In this document: piece after piece, positions 7,508 to 21,512 of the stretch
How the letters are laid out: the number at the start of each line of letters is the position of its first letter
Numbering within the stretch: position 1 is the first letter of the stretch
DNA from: Deferrisomatales bacterium
GTDB taxonomy: Bacteria > Desulfobacterota > Deferrisomatia > Deferrisomatales > JACRMM01
DNA length: 26,445 nucleotides
Direction: 5' to 3'
Assembly: GCA_033551855.1 (NCBI GenBank)
Contig: JAWSUI010000050.1
Coordinates: 1-26,445 of the forward strand
Position numbers and translations under genes: made by a program
Notes under the pieces: model-generated
Seen by the model: the letters and a program-made list of their open reading frames with translations, nothing else
What the model was told of the DNA's origin: nothing
Database searches by the model: none

Positions 7508-7508
7508 G

Positions 7509-8378
7509 ATGAGCACCAAGCCATTGAAGATACTCGGCATCGCCGCCGTGCTGCTGGCGATCGCCGCCGCCAACATGGTGTTCGTGGTGGATGAGACCCA
7601 GACCGCCCTGGTGGTGCAGCTCGGCAAGCCCGTCGGGGGGCCGAGGGGGCCCGGCCTCCACTTCAAGATCCCCCTGGCCCAGAGCGTGATCACCTACGAC
7701 TCCCGGTACCTGGAGTACGACGCGGCGGCCCGGGAGCTCATCACCCGCGACAAGAAGAACCTCAAGGTGGACAACTACGCCCGCTGGCGCATCTCGGACC
7801 CGTTGACGTTCTACCAGACCGTGCGCGACGAGCTGGGGGCCCAGGCGCGGCTGGACGACATCATCTACTCCCAGGTGCGCGAGCAGCTCGGCCGGTACGA
7901 CCTGATCGACATCGTCGCCACGAGCCGGCGCGATATCATGGCCGACGTGACCCGGCGCACCGGGATTTCGGCCCTGCAGTTCGGCATCGAGGTGGTTGAC
8001 GTGCGGATCAAGCGGGCCGACCTGCCCGAGGCCAACGAGCGCGCCGTGTACGCCCGGATGAAGGCCGAGCGCACCCGCCAGGCCCACCTCTATCGGTCCG
8101 AGGGCGAGGAGATCGCACGCCAGGTGCGGTCCCAGGCGGACAAGGAGGTCGCCATCGTGCTGGCCGAAGCCTACCGCGAGGCCCAGGGCACCCGGGGCGA
8201 GGGAGACGCCGCGGCCACCCGGATCTACGCCCAGGCGTTCAACCGGGACCGGGAGTTCTACGCCTTCACCCGGAGCCTCGACGTCTACTCCACGGCTTTC
8301 AAGGACAAGGACGTCCTCGTCCTCACCCCCGAGGGCGAGCTCTTTCAGTACCTCAAGGCGGCCGGCGTCGCCCGCTGA
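7509..8378 (+). CDS. hflC: FtsH protease modulator HflC
   Basis: GLHFKIP, TRDKKNLKVDNYARWRISDP, GIEVVDVRIKRADLP, FYAFTRSL. Confidence 0.95.
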   Translation: MSTKPLKILGIAAVLLAIAAANMVFVVDETQTALVVQLGKPVGGPRGPGLHFKIPLAQSVITYDSRYLEYDAAARELITRDKKNLKVDNYARWRISDPLTFYQTVRDELGAQARLDDIIYSQVREQLGRYDLIDIVATSRRDIMADVTRRTGISALQFGIEVVDVRIKRADLPEANERAVYARMKAERTRQAHLYRSEGEEIARQVRSQADKEVAIVLAEAYREAQGTRGEGDAAATRIYAQAFNRDREFYAFTRSLDVYSTAFKDKDVLVLTPEGELFQYLKAAGVAR

Positions 8379-8406
8379 CCCGCCGACCGGATGAATCGCT
8401 GAGACG

Positions 8407-10604
<2,198 letters not shown>

Positions 10605-10631
10605 ACCTCGAAGGCAACAGGAGGAGACCCG

Positions 10632-10958
10632 ATGCTTCCCTTCTTTCCCGATGTCGCCCACGCGATGGGCTCCCAGGGCGGCGACGCCGGCCAGACCTTC
10701 ATGGGGCTGCTGCCCCTGATCGCGATGTTCGCGATCTTCTACTTCCTGCTCATCCGGCCCCAGCAGAAGCGTGCCAAGGACCACAAGGCCATGATCGAAT
10801 CCCTGCGGCGCGGGGACGAGGTGGTGACCTCCGGGGGGATCCACGGCAGGGTGACCGGGGTCACCGACGACATCGTCACCCTGGAGGTGGCCAAGGACAT
10901 CAAGATCCGGGTCCAGAAGCCGGCGGTGGGCAACGTCCTGAAGCGGGGCGCGGAGTAG
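10632..10958 (+). CDS. yajC: Preprotein translocase subunit YajC
   Basis: IFYFLLIRPQQKRAK...GDEVVTSGGIHGRV. AGGAGG RBS. Confidence 0.96.
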   Translation: MLPFFPDVAHAMGSQGGDAGQTFMGLLPLIAMFAIFYFLLIRPQQKRAKDHKAMIESLRRGDEVVTSGGIHGRVTGVTDDIVTLEVAKDIKIRVQKPAVGNVLKRGAE

Positions 10959-11060
10959 GGACCCGCAGCACCTTCCTTGCCCGCCGGGCCTTCCGGCGGG
11001 CTTCGTGCGTCTGCGCTCGGGCGGACTCGGCAGCCCGGCGGGCGTGAGGAGCTGGTTTCC

Positions 11061-12662
11061 ATGAACGTGAGTCTCAAGTGGCGGGCGACGCTGGTGGCCG
11101 CCTTCGCCGTGCTCGGGTTGCTGTTCCTCGCCCCGACCCTGCTCGGCCCGGAGGCGAGGCTCCCCGGCTTCCTGCCCCAGGAGCGGCTCCACCTGGGCCT
11201 GGACCTTCAGGGGGGGATGCACCTCGTCCTCGAGGTCGAGACGCGGCGGGCCCTGGAGAACTCCCTGGAGCGCGTTGCAGGGGAGCTGCGGGAGAGCTTT
11301 CGGGAGCAGCGGCTCCGGGTGCGCAGCGTCGAAGCCCGGGGCGCCGAGATCCGGGTGACCGCCCGCGACGGCGAGGCCGTGGAGGCGGTGCTCGACCTGC
11401 TGCGCCGGGAGTACCCGGGCCTCGAGGTGCGGGGCCGCGAGGAGGTAGAGGCCGCGGTCACCCTCCGGGTGACCTTCACGGGGGAGGAAGCGGCGCGCAT
11501 CGAGGAGTACGCCGTGGCCCAGGGGATCGAGACGATCCGCAACCGGGTCGACGAGTTCGGCGTCTCCGAGCCCGCCATCGTCCCCCAGGGGGACAAGCGG
11601 ATCCTCATCCAGCTCCCCGGCATCCGGGACCCGGATCGCGCCATCCAGCTCATCGGGAAGACCGCCCAGCTCGAGTTCCGGCTGCTGGACGAGACCATGA
11701 CGCCGGACCAGGCGCTCCGAGAGGGGGTGCCGTCGGGGTCCGAGCTCCTCAACGAGCAGGAGCTCGACCCCCTCACGCGGCAGGTGGTCCGCCGGGTGCC
11801 CCACCTGGTGCAGAAGCGGGTGCTCATGACCGGGGACGTGATCACCGACGCCCGGGTCCAGATCGACCCCCAGTTCAACGAGCCCTACGTGACGCTCCAG
11901 TTCGACGCCCGGGGGGCGAGGGTGTTCGAGCGGGTCACGGCGGAGAACGTGAACCGGCGCCTCGCCATCGTGCTCGACGGGGTGGTCCAGTCCGCCCCCG
12001 TGATCCGCGAGCGCATTTCCGGGGGGCGGGCCCAGATCACCGGGCGCTTCACGATCAACGAGGCCAGGGACCTGACCATCGCCTTGCGCTCCGGCAGCCT
12101 GCCCGCGCCGGTGACGATCCTGGAGCGCCGCACCGTCGGGCCCTCCCTGGGGCGCGACTCCATCCGGGCCGGGCTCACCGCCCTGGCCGTGGGCGGCACC
12201 TTGGTGCTGTGCTTCATGGTGCTCTACTACCGCACCGCGGGGCTGGTGGCCAACATGGCCCTGGTGCTGAACCTCATCCTCATCGCCGGGGCACTCGCCG
12301 CCTTCCGCGCCACGCTGACCCTGCCGGGGATCGCGGGCATCGTCCTGACCATCGGCATGGCGGTGGATGCCAACGTGCTCATCTTCGAGAGGATCCGGGA
12401 GGAGCTGCGGCTCGGGAAGACCCCGGCCAGCGCCGTGGAGGGGGGCTACGCCAAGGCCCTGAGCACCATCCTCGACGCGAACGTGACCACCTTCATCGCG
12501 GCCGCGGTCCTGTGGCAGTACGGCACCGGTCCGATCAAGGGGTTCGCCGTGACCCTGTCCATCGGAATCCTCGCCAGCATGTTCACGGCCATCATCGGCA
12601 CGCGGGTAGCCTTCGACGGGATGCTTCGCCGGACGGCCGCGCGCCGCCTGAGCATCGGCTAG
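11061..12662 (+). CDS. secD: Protein translocase subunit SecD
   Basis: LGLDLQGG, IRNRVDEFGVSEP, LRSGSLPAP, VGPSLG, GMAVDANVLIFERIREE, ILDANVTT. Confidence 0.96.
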   Translation: MNVSLKWRATLVAAFAVLGLLFLAPTLLGPEARLPGFLPQERLHLGLDLQGGMHLVLEVETRRALENSLERVAGELRESFREQRLRVRSVEARGAEIRVTARDGEAVEAVLDLLRREYPGLEVRGREEVEAAVTLRVTFTGEEAARIEEYAVAQGIETIRNRVDEFGVSEPAIVPQGDKRILIQLPGIRDPDRAIQLIGKTAQLEFRLLDETMTPDQALREGVPSGSELLNEQELDPLTRQVVRRVPHLVQKRVLMTGDVITDARVQIDPQFNEPYVTLQFDARGARVFERVTAENVNRRLAIVLDGVVQSAPVIRERISGGRAQITGRFTINEARDLTIALRSGSLPAPVTILERRTVGPSLGRDSIRAGLTALAVGGTLVLCFMVLYYRTAGLVANMALVLNLILIAGALAAFRATLTLPGIAGIVLTIGMAVDANVLIFERIREELRLGKTPASAVEGGYAKALSTILDANVTTFIAAAVLWQYGTGPIKGFAVTLSIGILASMFTAIIGTRVAFDGMLRRTAARRLSIG

Positions 12663-12677
12663 CGGGAAGGGAAGGCC

Positions 12678-13604
12678 ATGGAGCTGATTCGTCCGGACAC
12701 CAACTTCGACTTCCTGGGCAAGACGAAGATCTTCTGCTGGGTGAGCCTGGCCCTGGTCGCCGTCGCGGTGGTCAGCCTCGTCGCCCACGGGGGCCCCCGC
12801 TACGGCATCGACTTCGCGGGGGGCACCCTCATCCAGCTCCGGTTCGAGAGGCCGGTCTCCACCCAGGAGATCCGGGGAGCCCTGACCGAGGTGGTGGCGG
12901 GCAGCCCGGTGGTGCAGTCCTTCGGGGACGACGACGAGTACATCATCCAGCTCGAGGAGAGCTCCGAGGAGCTCGAGGGGCTCTCCCGCCGCGTGCGGGA
13001 CTCGCTGGCCGCGACGCTGGGGCACGAGACCATCGAGATCCGCCGGGTGGAGATGGTGGGCCCGAAGGTGGGCAAGGACCTCCGGGAGAAGGGCCTGCTG
13101 GCGGTGCTGTTCTCCATGGGGGCCATCCTGCTCTACATCTGGTGGCGCTTCGAGCTGCGCTTCGGGGTGGCCGCCATCGTGGCCACCTTCCACGACGTGC
13201 TCATCACCATCGGGGCCTTCTCCCTCTTCGACAAGCAGTTCGACCTGACCACTCTGGCCGCGCTCCTCACCATCGTGGGGTACTCCCTGAACGACACCAT
13301 CGTCGTCTTCGACCGGATCCGGGAGAACGTCAAGAAGGCGGGGGGCAAGGGCGACCTCAAGCGGATCATGAACCGCAGCGTCAACGAGACGCTGAGCCGG
13401 ACGATCCTCACTTCCGGCACGACGCTTCTGGTCGTCGCCGCGCTCTTCGTGTTCGGGGGAGGGGTGATCCACGACTTCGCCTTCGCCCTCTTGGTGGGCA
13501 TCCTGGTGGGTACCTACTCGTCCATCTACGTGGCGAGCCCGCTGGTGCTCTGGCTGGAGCAGCGGGGCCACCGGCGCGGCAAGGTGGTCCGCGCGGCGGC
13601 CTGA
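12678..13604 (+). CDS. secF: Protein translocase subunit SecF
   Basis: GIDFAGG, VGPKVG, HDVLIT, GYSLNDTIVVFDRIRE, GTYSSIYVA. Confidence 0.96.
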   Translation: MELIRPDTNFDFLGKTKIFCWVSLALVAVAVVSLVAHGGPRYGIDFAGGTLIQLRFERPVSTQEIRGALTEVVAGSPVVQSFGDDDEYIIQLEESSEELEGLSRRVRDSLAATLGHETIEIRRVEMVGPKVGKDLREKGLLAVLFSMGAILLYIWWRFELRFGVAAIVATFHDVLITIGAFSLFDKQFDLTTLAALLTIVGYSLNDTIVVFDRIRENVKKAGGKGDLKRIMNRSVNETLSRTILTSGTTLLVVAALFVFGGGVIHDFAFALLVGILVGTYSSIYVASPLVLWLEQRGHRRGKVVRAAA

Positions 13605-13606
13605 CC

Positions 13607-15334
13607 GTGCACCGCCGCTGGGTCCTGCGAGAGCCGGCCGCCGAGGCCCGGGGGAGCATTTCCCGGGCCTCGGGCGTTTCGGGTCTCGCGGCTTCCGTGC
13701 TCGCCGCCCGGGGCATCGTCGAGCCCGAGGCCGTCGGCGCCTTCCTCCACCCCTCCCTCGCCAACCTCCCGGATCCCTCCCTCCTTCCCGGCATGGACGC
13801 GGCCGTCGGGCGTCTCGCCCGCGCCGCCGAGGCCGGGGAGACCGTTTGGGTGTACACGGACTACGACGTGGACGGGGTGACCGCGGCGGCGGTGCTCGGG
13901 GAATTCCTGCGGGCCTGTCGGATCCCGGTGCGGGTCCGGCTCCCCCGCAGGGACCGGGAGGGGTACGGCCTGCACCCCAGCGCCCTGCGGGAGATTGCCG
14001 AGGAGGGGGGGACCCTCGTGGTGACGGCGGACTGCGGCGTCAACGCCGTGGAAGCGGGGCGGGCGGCCCGGGAGCTGGGAATCGACCTGGTGGTCACCGA
14101 CCACCACAGCCCCGGGGACGCGCTCCCCGAGGCGGTGGCGGTGGTCAACCCCAAGCTCCCCGCCTCGTCCTACCCGGACCCCTCCATTGCCGGGGTCGGC
14201 GTGGCCTGGAATCTCGCGGCGGCGCTGCGGCGGAGGCTTCGGGAGGCAGGGCACTTCGGGTCGGGGGGGGAGCCCGACCTGCGGGAGGCCCTGGGGCTGG
14301 TGGCGCTGGGCACGGTGGCCGACATGGCCCCCCTGCGGGACGTGAACCGCGTCCTGGTGTCCTGGGGCCTCCGGGCCCTGAACCGGAGCCCCCGGGCCGG
14401 CATCCGGGCGCTCCGGGAAGTGGCAAGGGTCAAGGGGGAGCTGCGTGCCGGGCACCTCGGTTTCCAACTCGGCCCCCGGCTCAACGCCGCGGGCCGGATG
14501 GAGGGTCCCCAAGAGGCCCTGGATCTGCTGCAGACCGGGGACCCCGACCGGGCCCGCGCCCTGGCGCAGAGGCTGGACCGCCTGAACCAGGAGCGCCGGG
14601 AGGAGGAGCGGGGGATCCTGGGACAGGCGGTGGAACGGGTGGAGGCCGAAGGTTGGCACCCCGGGCGGTGGAGCCTCGCCGTGGAGTCGGAAGGGTGGCA
14701 CGCCGGGGTGGTCGGCATCGTCGCCTCGCGGCTCGTGGAGCGCTATCACCGGCCGGCCGTCGTCCTCTCGGTGGACGGCGGGAGCGCCAAGGGCTCCGCC
14801 CGGTCGGTGCGCGGCCTGCACCTCTGCGAGGTTCTGGCCGAGTGCGGCGGGCTGCTGGACCGGTTCGGGGGCCACGCCGCCGCCGCCGGTCTGTCCCTGC
14901 CGGCGGAGCGGGTGCCGGAGTTTCGGGAGTGCTTCGAGGCGGCGGTGCGGGCGCGCCTGTCCGAGGAGGATCTGGCCCCGGTGCTCACCCTGGACGCCGA
15001 ACCCGCGTTCTCGGAGCTCACGGTGGAAGCGGTGCGGGAGCTGAGCCGGCTGGAGCCCTTCGGTGTGGGCAACCCGACCCCCGTCCTTCTCTCCCGGCGG
15101 GTCCGGCTCCTGGACGTCCGGCCCTTGGGCCGCGATGGCGCTCACGCGAAGCTCCGGCTGGAGCAGGGGGGGGTGCGCTGCGAAGCCCTCGCGTGGCGCA
15201 AGGCCCGGGAGCTCGGCCATGCGCGCCCCGGCCAGTGGGTGGATGTGGCCCACACGCCCCAGGTCAACGAGTGGAACGGCGTCGAGCGGGTGCAACTCGT
15301 GGTGGAGGGGATGCGGCCGGCGCCCAGCGGGTAG
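13607..15334 (+). CDS. recJ: Single-stranded-DNA-specific exonuclease RecJ
   Basis: DYDVDG, EGYGL, TADCG, TDHH, GTVAD, GPRLNAAGR, GSARS, GGHAAAAG, LEPFGVGNP. GTG start at 13607. Confidence 0.95.
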   Translation: MHRRWVLREPAAEARGSISRASGVSGLAASVLAARGIVEPEAVGAFLHPSLANLPDPSLLPGMDAAVGRLARAAEAGETVWVYTDYDVDGVTAAAVLGEFLRACRIPVRVRLPRRDREGYGLHPSALREIAEEGGTLVVTADCGVNAVEAGRAARELGIDLVVTDHHSPGDALPEAVAVVNPKLPASSYPDPSIAGVGVAWNLAAALRRRLREAGHFGSGGEPDLREALGLVALGTVADMAPLRDVNRVLVSWGLRALNRSPRAGIRALREVARVKGELRAGHLGFQLGPRLNAAGRMEGPQEALDLLQTGDPDRARALAQRLDRLNQERREEERGILGQAVERVEAEGWHPGRWSLAVESEGWHAGVVGIVASRLVERYHRPAVVLSVDGGSAKGSARSVRGLHLCEVLAECGGLLDRFGGHAAAAGLSLPAERVPEFRECFEAAVRARLSEEDLAPVLTLDAEPAFSELTVEAVRELSRLEPFGVGNPTPVLLSRRVRLLDVRPLGRDGAHAKLRLEQGGVRCEALAWRKARELGHARPGQWVDVAHTPQVNEWNGVERVQLVVEGMRPAPSG

Positions 15335-15354
15335 CGGCTTGGAGAAGAATAGGG

Positions 15355-15513
15355 GGAGCTTCCGGGATTTCTGTGGGTGCGAGGAACCATCGTGGTCTCG
15401 CGCAGATGTAGGCGCAGAGGCGCAGGGAAAGCCAAAGAATTCCTCCGCGTCCCAGCGTCCCTGCGCGAGATCGTTCTTGCCCTTGATTGACCCACTGAGT
15501 TTCCGGAAGGGCC
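15355..15513. mobile_element. MITE copy C (159 bp), 24-bp terminal inverted repeats, perfect 8-bp target duplication GAATAGGG
   Basis: Left end GGAGCTTCCGGGATTTCTGTGGGT versus reverse complement of the right end GGCCCTTCCGGAAACTCAGTGGGT (18/24). GAATAGGG occurs at 15347-15354 and 15514-15521. Confidence 0.8.
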
Positions 15514-15519
15514 GAATAG

Positions 15520-15553
15520 GGAGCCTCCCTCCGTCGCGACGAAGGGAGGCTCC
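15520..15553. terminator. Hairpin between the convergent recJ and ompA-like genes
   Basis: GGAGCCTCCCT / AGGGAGGCTCC 11-bp stem with an inner CGTC/GACG stem. Confidence 0.55.
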
Positions 15554-15631
15554 GAACACGGCTCGGCCCGGACCCCACGCCTTCCGGCGCGAGGCCCGGG
15601 CCGAATTCCCGTCAGCAGCCGAGAGCTGCCG

Positions 15632-16627
15632 CTACTTCACTTCCACGAACTCCGCCCGGCGGTTGAGCGCCCAGGCTTCCTCGTTGTGCCGCGGATCCAG
15701 GGGCCGCTCCTTCCCGTAGCTCACGACCCGCAGCCGGTCCGCCGAAACCCCCAGGTCGACCAGGTACTGCATGGCCGCCTTCGCGCGATTCTCGCCCAGG
15801 GCGAGGTTGTACTCCACGGTCCCGCGCTCGTCGCAGTGCCCTTCGATCTCCAGCTTCGCGCCGGGGTTCGCCTTCAGGAAGTCGGCATTGCCCTGGAGGA
15901 TCTCCCGGGCGGCCGGCGTGATGGTGTAGCGGTCGAAGTCGAAGTGGATGCGCCGCAGGACCGGTGCCGGCGGTGCCGGCGGGGGCGGCGGCGGTGCCGG
16001 CGGGGGCGGCGTGACGACCGGGGCCGGCCTGGGCTCCTCCGGCCTCGGCGCGGGCGGGGGCGGCGGGGGCGGCTCCTCGGCGGCGACGGCCGGGGCGGCC
16101 TTCCCGAAGAGGTACGAGAGCCCCGCGGTGAAGGCCCAGTTGGCCTTGGTGCTGTCGAAGCTCAGGGGCTGGCGGGCGTCGAGCCGCAGCGCCAGGTTCT
16201 CGGTCATGAGCACCTTCAGCCCGGCGCCGTAGTCCACCAGGAACTTCGGGGAGCTGTTCCCGGACTTGTCGTAGGAGATGGCCCCCGCCCCGGCGGCGAG
16301 GTACGGGATCCAGCGCCCTTCGGGGTTGAAGTGATACAGGCCGTCCAGGTGCCCCAGGAGCGGGGTCACGTTGGAGCCGGATTCATCCTCCGAGGCCACC
16401 CCCGCGAAGGAGAGCTCCGCGCCCCAGGAGCGGGTGAGCCACTGGCCGATCCGGGCCCCGAAGACCGGGCCGTTGTCGAGGTCCAGGGAGTTGTCGAAGA
16501 TGAACGCTCCCCCGAACAGGGAGAGCTCCGTGGCCCCCTTCTGGTTCGCCGAGGCGGGAACGGGGCTCACGGCCAGCAGGGCGGCCGCCAGGGTCAACCC
16601 CAGGGCGGCGGTAAACTTCCTCAACAT
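15632..16627 (-). CDS. OmpA/OprF-like outer membrane protein: signal peptide, beta-barrel, Pro-rich linker, Pal-like peptidoglycan-binding domain
   Basis: MLRKFTAALG... with an AGGAGG RBS, barrel strands (WIPYLAAGAG, YGAGLK, AGLSYLFG), a poly-Pro linker, and IHFDFD...IEGHCDERGTVEYNLALGENRA...SYGKERP...NRRAEF. Confidence 0.88.
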   Translation of the reverse strand: MLRKFTAALGLTLAAALLAVSPVPASANQKGATELSLFGGAFIFDNSLDLDNGPVFGARIGQWLTRSWGAELSFAGVASEDESGSNVTPLLGHLDGLYHFNPEGRWIPYLAAGAGAISYDKSGNSSPKFLVDYGAGLKVLMTENLALRLDARQPLSFDSTKANWAFTAGLSYLFGKAAPAVAAEEPPPPPPPAPRPEEPRPAPVVTPPPPAPPPPPPAPPAPVLRRIHFDFDRYTITPAAREILQGNADFLKANPGAKLEIEGHCDERGTVEYNLALGENRAKAAMQYLVDLGVSADRLRVVSYGKERPLDPRHNEEAWALNRRAEFVEVK

Positions 16628-16684
16628 GGGAATCCTCCTTCTCTCGCGGAGCGTCACAGGTGGGTCGCCTTCGGATGGCCGCTC

Positions 16685-16712
16685 ATTCTACCCGGGGTGC
16701 AGGAGAGGTCAA
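16685..16712 (-). promoter_or_regulatory. Putative sigma70 promoter for the ompA-like gene
   Basis: Minus strand TTGACC-N16-TAGAAT. Confidence 0.55.
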
Positions 16713-16822
16713 GGAGATCCGCTTTCGTGGATCCACCGACCGGCACGTGCTCGGGGTCGGGGTCGGGGAGCCCCTCCGCTCCGCCCCACGATGTGGTGGT
16801 GGATGCCGGCGGCGACCACGCC

Positions 16823-16851
16823 TTGACGGCCAAGTAGGAAGCGGTATTATC
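16823..16851 (+). promoter_or_regulatory. Putative perR-katG promoter with an overlapping Fur-family box
   Basis: TTGACG-N16-TATTAT. The 19-mer AGTAGGAAGCGGTATTATC (16833-16851) ends in the Fur half-site ATTATC. Confidence 0.5.
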
Positions 16852-16894
16852 TCGTAGAACCTCGGACGACGAGGGCTGGAGGGAGAGGGACGCG

Positions 16895-19641
<2,747 letters not shown>

Positions 19642-19722
19642 TCGCAATCAGAACGGGTCCTGCGGGACTCGAGGCTGTCTCGAGTTCCCTCTTCCCCCAG
19701 GGACATCGGCGCGGACCTACGC

Positions 19723-19837
19723 CTCCCTCCCCTTCAAGGGGAGGGGCAGGGTGGGGATGGGGCTTCGAGGTCGTCTTCGAATTCCAGTCGTTAGAGGCCC
19801 CACCCTCACCCCAGCCCTCTCCCTGAGGGAGAGGGAG
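19723..19837. repeat. Inverted pair of CCCTCACCCC..CCCTCTCCC..GGGAGAGGG-type (boxC-like) palindromic repeats
   Basis: CTCCCTCCCCTTCAAGGGGAGGGGCAGGGTGGGGATGGGG (19723-19762) and CCCTCACCCCAGCCCTCTCCCTGAGGGAGAGGGAG (19803-19837), between the convergent katG and cbiO genes. Confidence 0.7.
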
Positions 19838-19926
19838 CTTGGGGGACTGCGCTGCTCTTCCTAGGGCGGCGCCTCTGCCCTTGGGAGGAGAAGGGGCCGT
19901 CGGCGCGGGCCTACGCCCCCTCGCCT

Positions 19927-20694
19927 TCACGGGGCGGGTGGGGGGGCGGACCGGCAGAGGGGGCAGCCCTGTAAGCTGAGGGGCTTCTCGAGGCCGCAGG
20001 AGGCCAGGAGGGCCTCGTCCCGGAAGATCTCGGCGGTGGGGCCGTCGGCCGCCACCTTCCCCTCCCGGATCACGATGGTGCGGCGGCAGAGCTCGAGCAC
20101 CAGGTCGAGGTCGTGGGTGGCGATGATCTTGGTGTGCTCGAAGGACTGGAGCAGGCGGATCAGCCGGCGCCGGGCTCCCGGGTCGAGGTTCGACGAGGGC
20201 TCGTCCATCACGAGGATGTCGGGGCTCATGGAGAGCACGGTGGCGATGGCCACGGCCCGCTTCTCCCCCCCGGAGAGGCGATACGGCGGCCGCTCCCGGA
20301 GGGCGAGGGCGCCCACCCTCTCCAGGGCCCCGGCCACACGCTCCTCCACTTCCTCGGGCGGCAGGCCCAGGTTCAGGGGGCCGAAGGCGACGTCGTCGTT
20401 GACGGTGGGCATGAAGAGCTGGTCGTCCGGGTCCTGGAAGACCATGCCGACGGTCCTGCGCACCTCGGGGATGGTCTCCTTCGTGAGGGGGAAGTCGCCG
20501 ATCCGGACCCGGCCCGCCTGGGGGGTGAGGTAGCCGTTGAGGTGCAGGAGCAGAGTGGATTTGCCCGCGCCGTTCGCCCCCACCACGGCCACCGCCTCCC
20601 CGTGCACGACCCGGAAGGACAGACCGCGCAGCGCCCGGGTTCCGTCGGGGTACTGGTAGGCGAGCTCTTCGACCTCGACGATGTGGTGGCTCAT
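19927..20694 (-). CDS. cbiO: ECF-type Ni/Co transporter ATPase (CbiO/NikO)
   Basis: MSHHIVEV..., Walker A GANGAGKST, VFQDPDDQLF, LSGGEKR, MDEP, ATHDL. Confidence 0.92.
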   Translation of the reverse strand: MSHHIVEVEELAYQYPDGTRALRGLSFRVVHGEAVAVVGANGAGKSTLLLHLNGYLTPQAGRVRIGDFPLTKETIPEVRRTVGMVFQDPDDQLFMPTVNDDVAFGPLNLGLPPEEVEERVAGALERVGALALRERPPYRLSGGEKRAVAIATVLSMSPDILVMDEPSSNLDPGARRRLIRLLQSFEHTKIIATHDLDLVLELCRRTIVIREGKVAADGPTAEIFRDEALLASCGLEKPLSLQGCPLCRSAPPPAP

Positions 20695-21503
20695 CCCCAG
20701 AGGCCCTCCACCAGGCTGCCCAGGAGGTGGGGGACGTTGACCAGGCGCAGGGCGACGAACGCCGCGCACCACCCCCCGGCAAAGGCCGCCTCGGGGAGCC
20801 CGAGCCGCAGGCGCCCGAGGCCTCGGATCTCCCCCGTGAACCCCCGGCACCGCATGGCCAGGTGGATGCGCTGGGCCCGGTCCAGGGTGCGCAGGAGCAG
20901 ATGGCCCACCAGGCTGCCGTAGACCCTCATCCCCGTTCCGCGCCTTCCGAAGGAGCGCAGGGCCCGGGCCCGGACCAGGCGCAGCGCCTCCTCCCCCAGG
21001 ACGAAGAGATAGCGGTACAGGAAGAGGAGCTGCACGGTGAGGACCTGGGGGGTGCCCAGGCGCTGGAGGGCCCCGCAAAGCCCCTGGAAGCTGGTAGTCG
21101 CGATGAGGATCAGGGCAGTGCCCACCGTGAGGGTGAAGCGAAGCTGGATGGAGAGGAAGGAGACCCACCCGCCGCTCACCTCGAAGGACCCCAAGTGCAG
21201 CAGGGTCTCCCGGTCGAGGAAGGGGTTGAAGATGCCCACGAGCAGGGCGAAGGGGGCCACGGCCAGGAGGCGTTTGCCCACGTAGCCGAAGGGGATCCGC
21301 CCGGCGCTCCCCAGGGCGATCGGGTACAGGAAGAAGGGCAGCAGGGCCGAGACCTCGTACTTCCCGAAGGAGACCACCGACACCAGGAAGGCCAGGGTCG
21401 TCAGGAGCTTGACCCGGGGGTCGAGCCGGTGGACCGGCGTGTCCTGCCGGGCCAAGCGGTCGAGGCGGCCGATGTCGAAGAAGGAGGCGTCAATGGGCGC
21501 CAC
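20691..21503 (-). CDS. cbiQ: ECF-type Ni/Co transporter T component (CbiQ/NikQ)
   Basis: HRLDPRVKL, LFLYRYLFVL, ARALR, RAQRIHLAMRCRGF. Confidence 0.9.
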   Translation of the reverse strand: MAPIDASFFDIGRLDRLARQDTPVHRLDPRVKLLTTLAFLVSVVSFGKYEVSALLPFFLYPIALGSAGRIPFGYVGKRLLAVAPFALLVGIFNPFLDRETLLHLGSFEVSGGWVSFLSIQLRFTLTVGTALILIATTSFQGLCGALQRLGTPQVLTVQLLFLYRYLFVLGEEALRLVRARALRSFGRRGTGMRVYGSLVGHLLLRTLDRAQRIHLAMRCRGFTGEIRGLGRLRLGLPEAAFAGGWCAAFVALRLVNVPHLLGSLVEGLWG

Positions 21504-21512
21504 GGCACCCCC

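Noticed and set aside
15955..16075. GGC/GGG-rich tandem-like repeats
   Set aside because: They encode the proline-rich linker of the OmpA-like protein.
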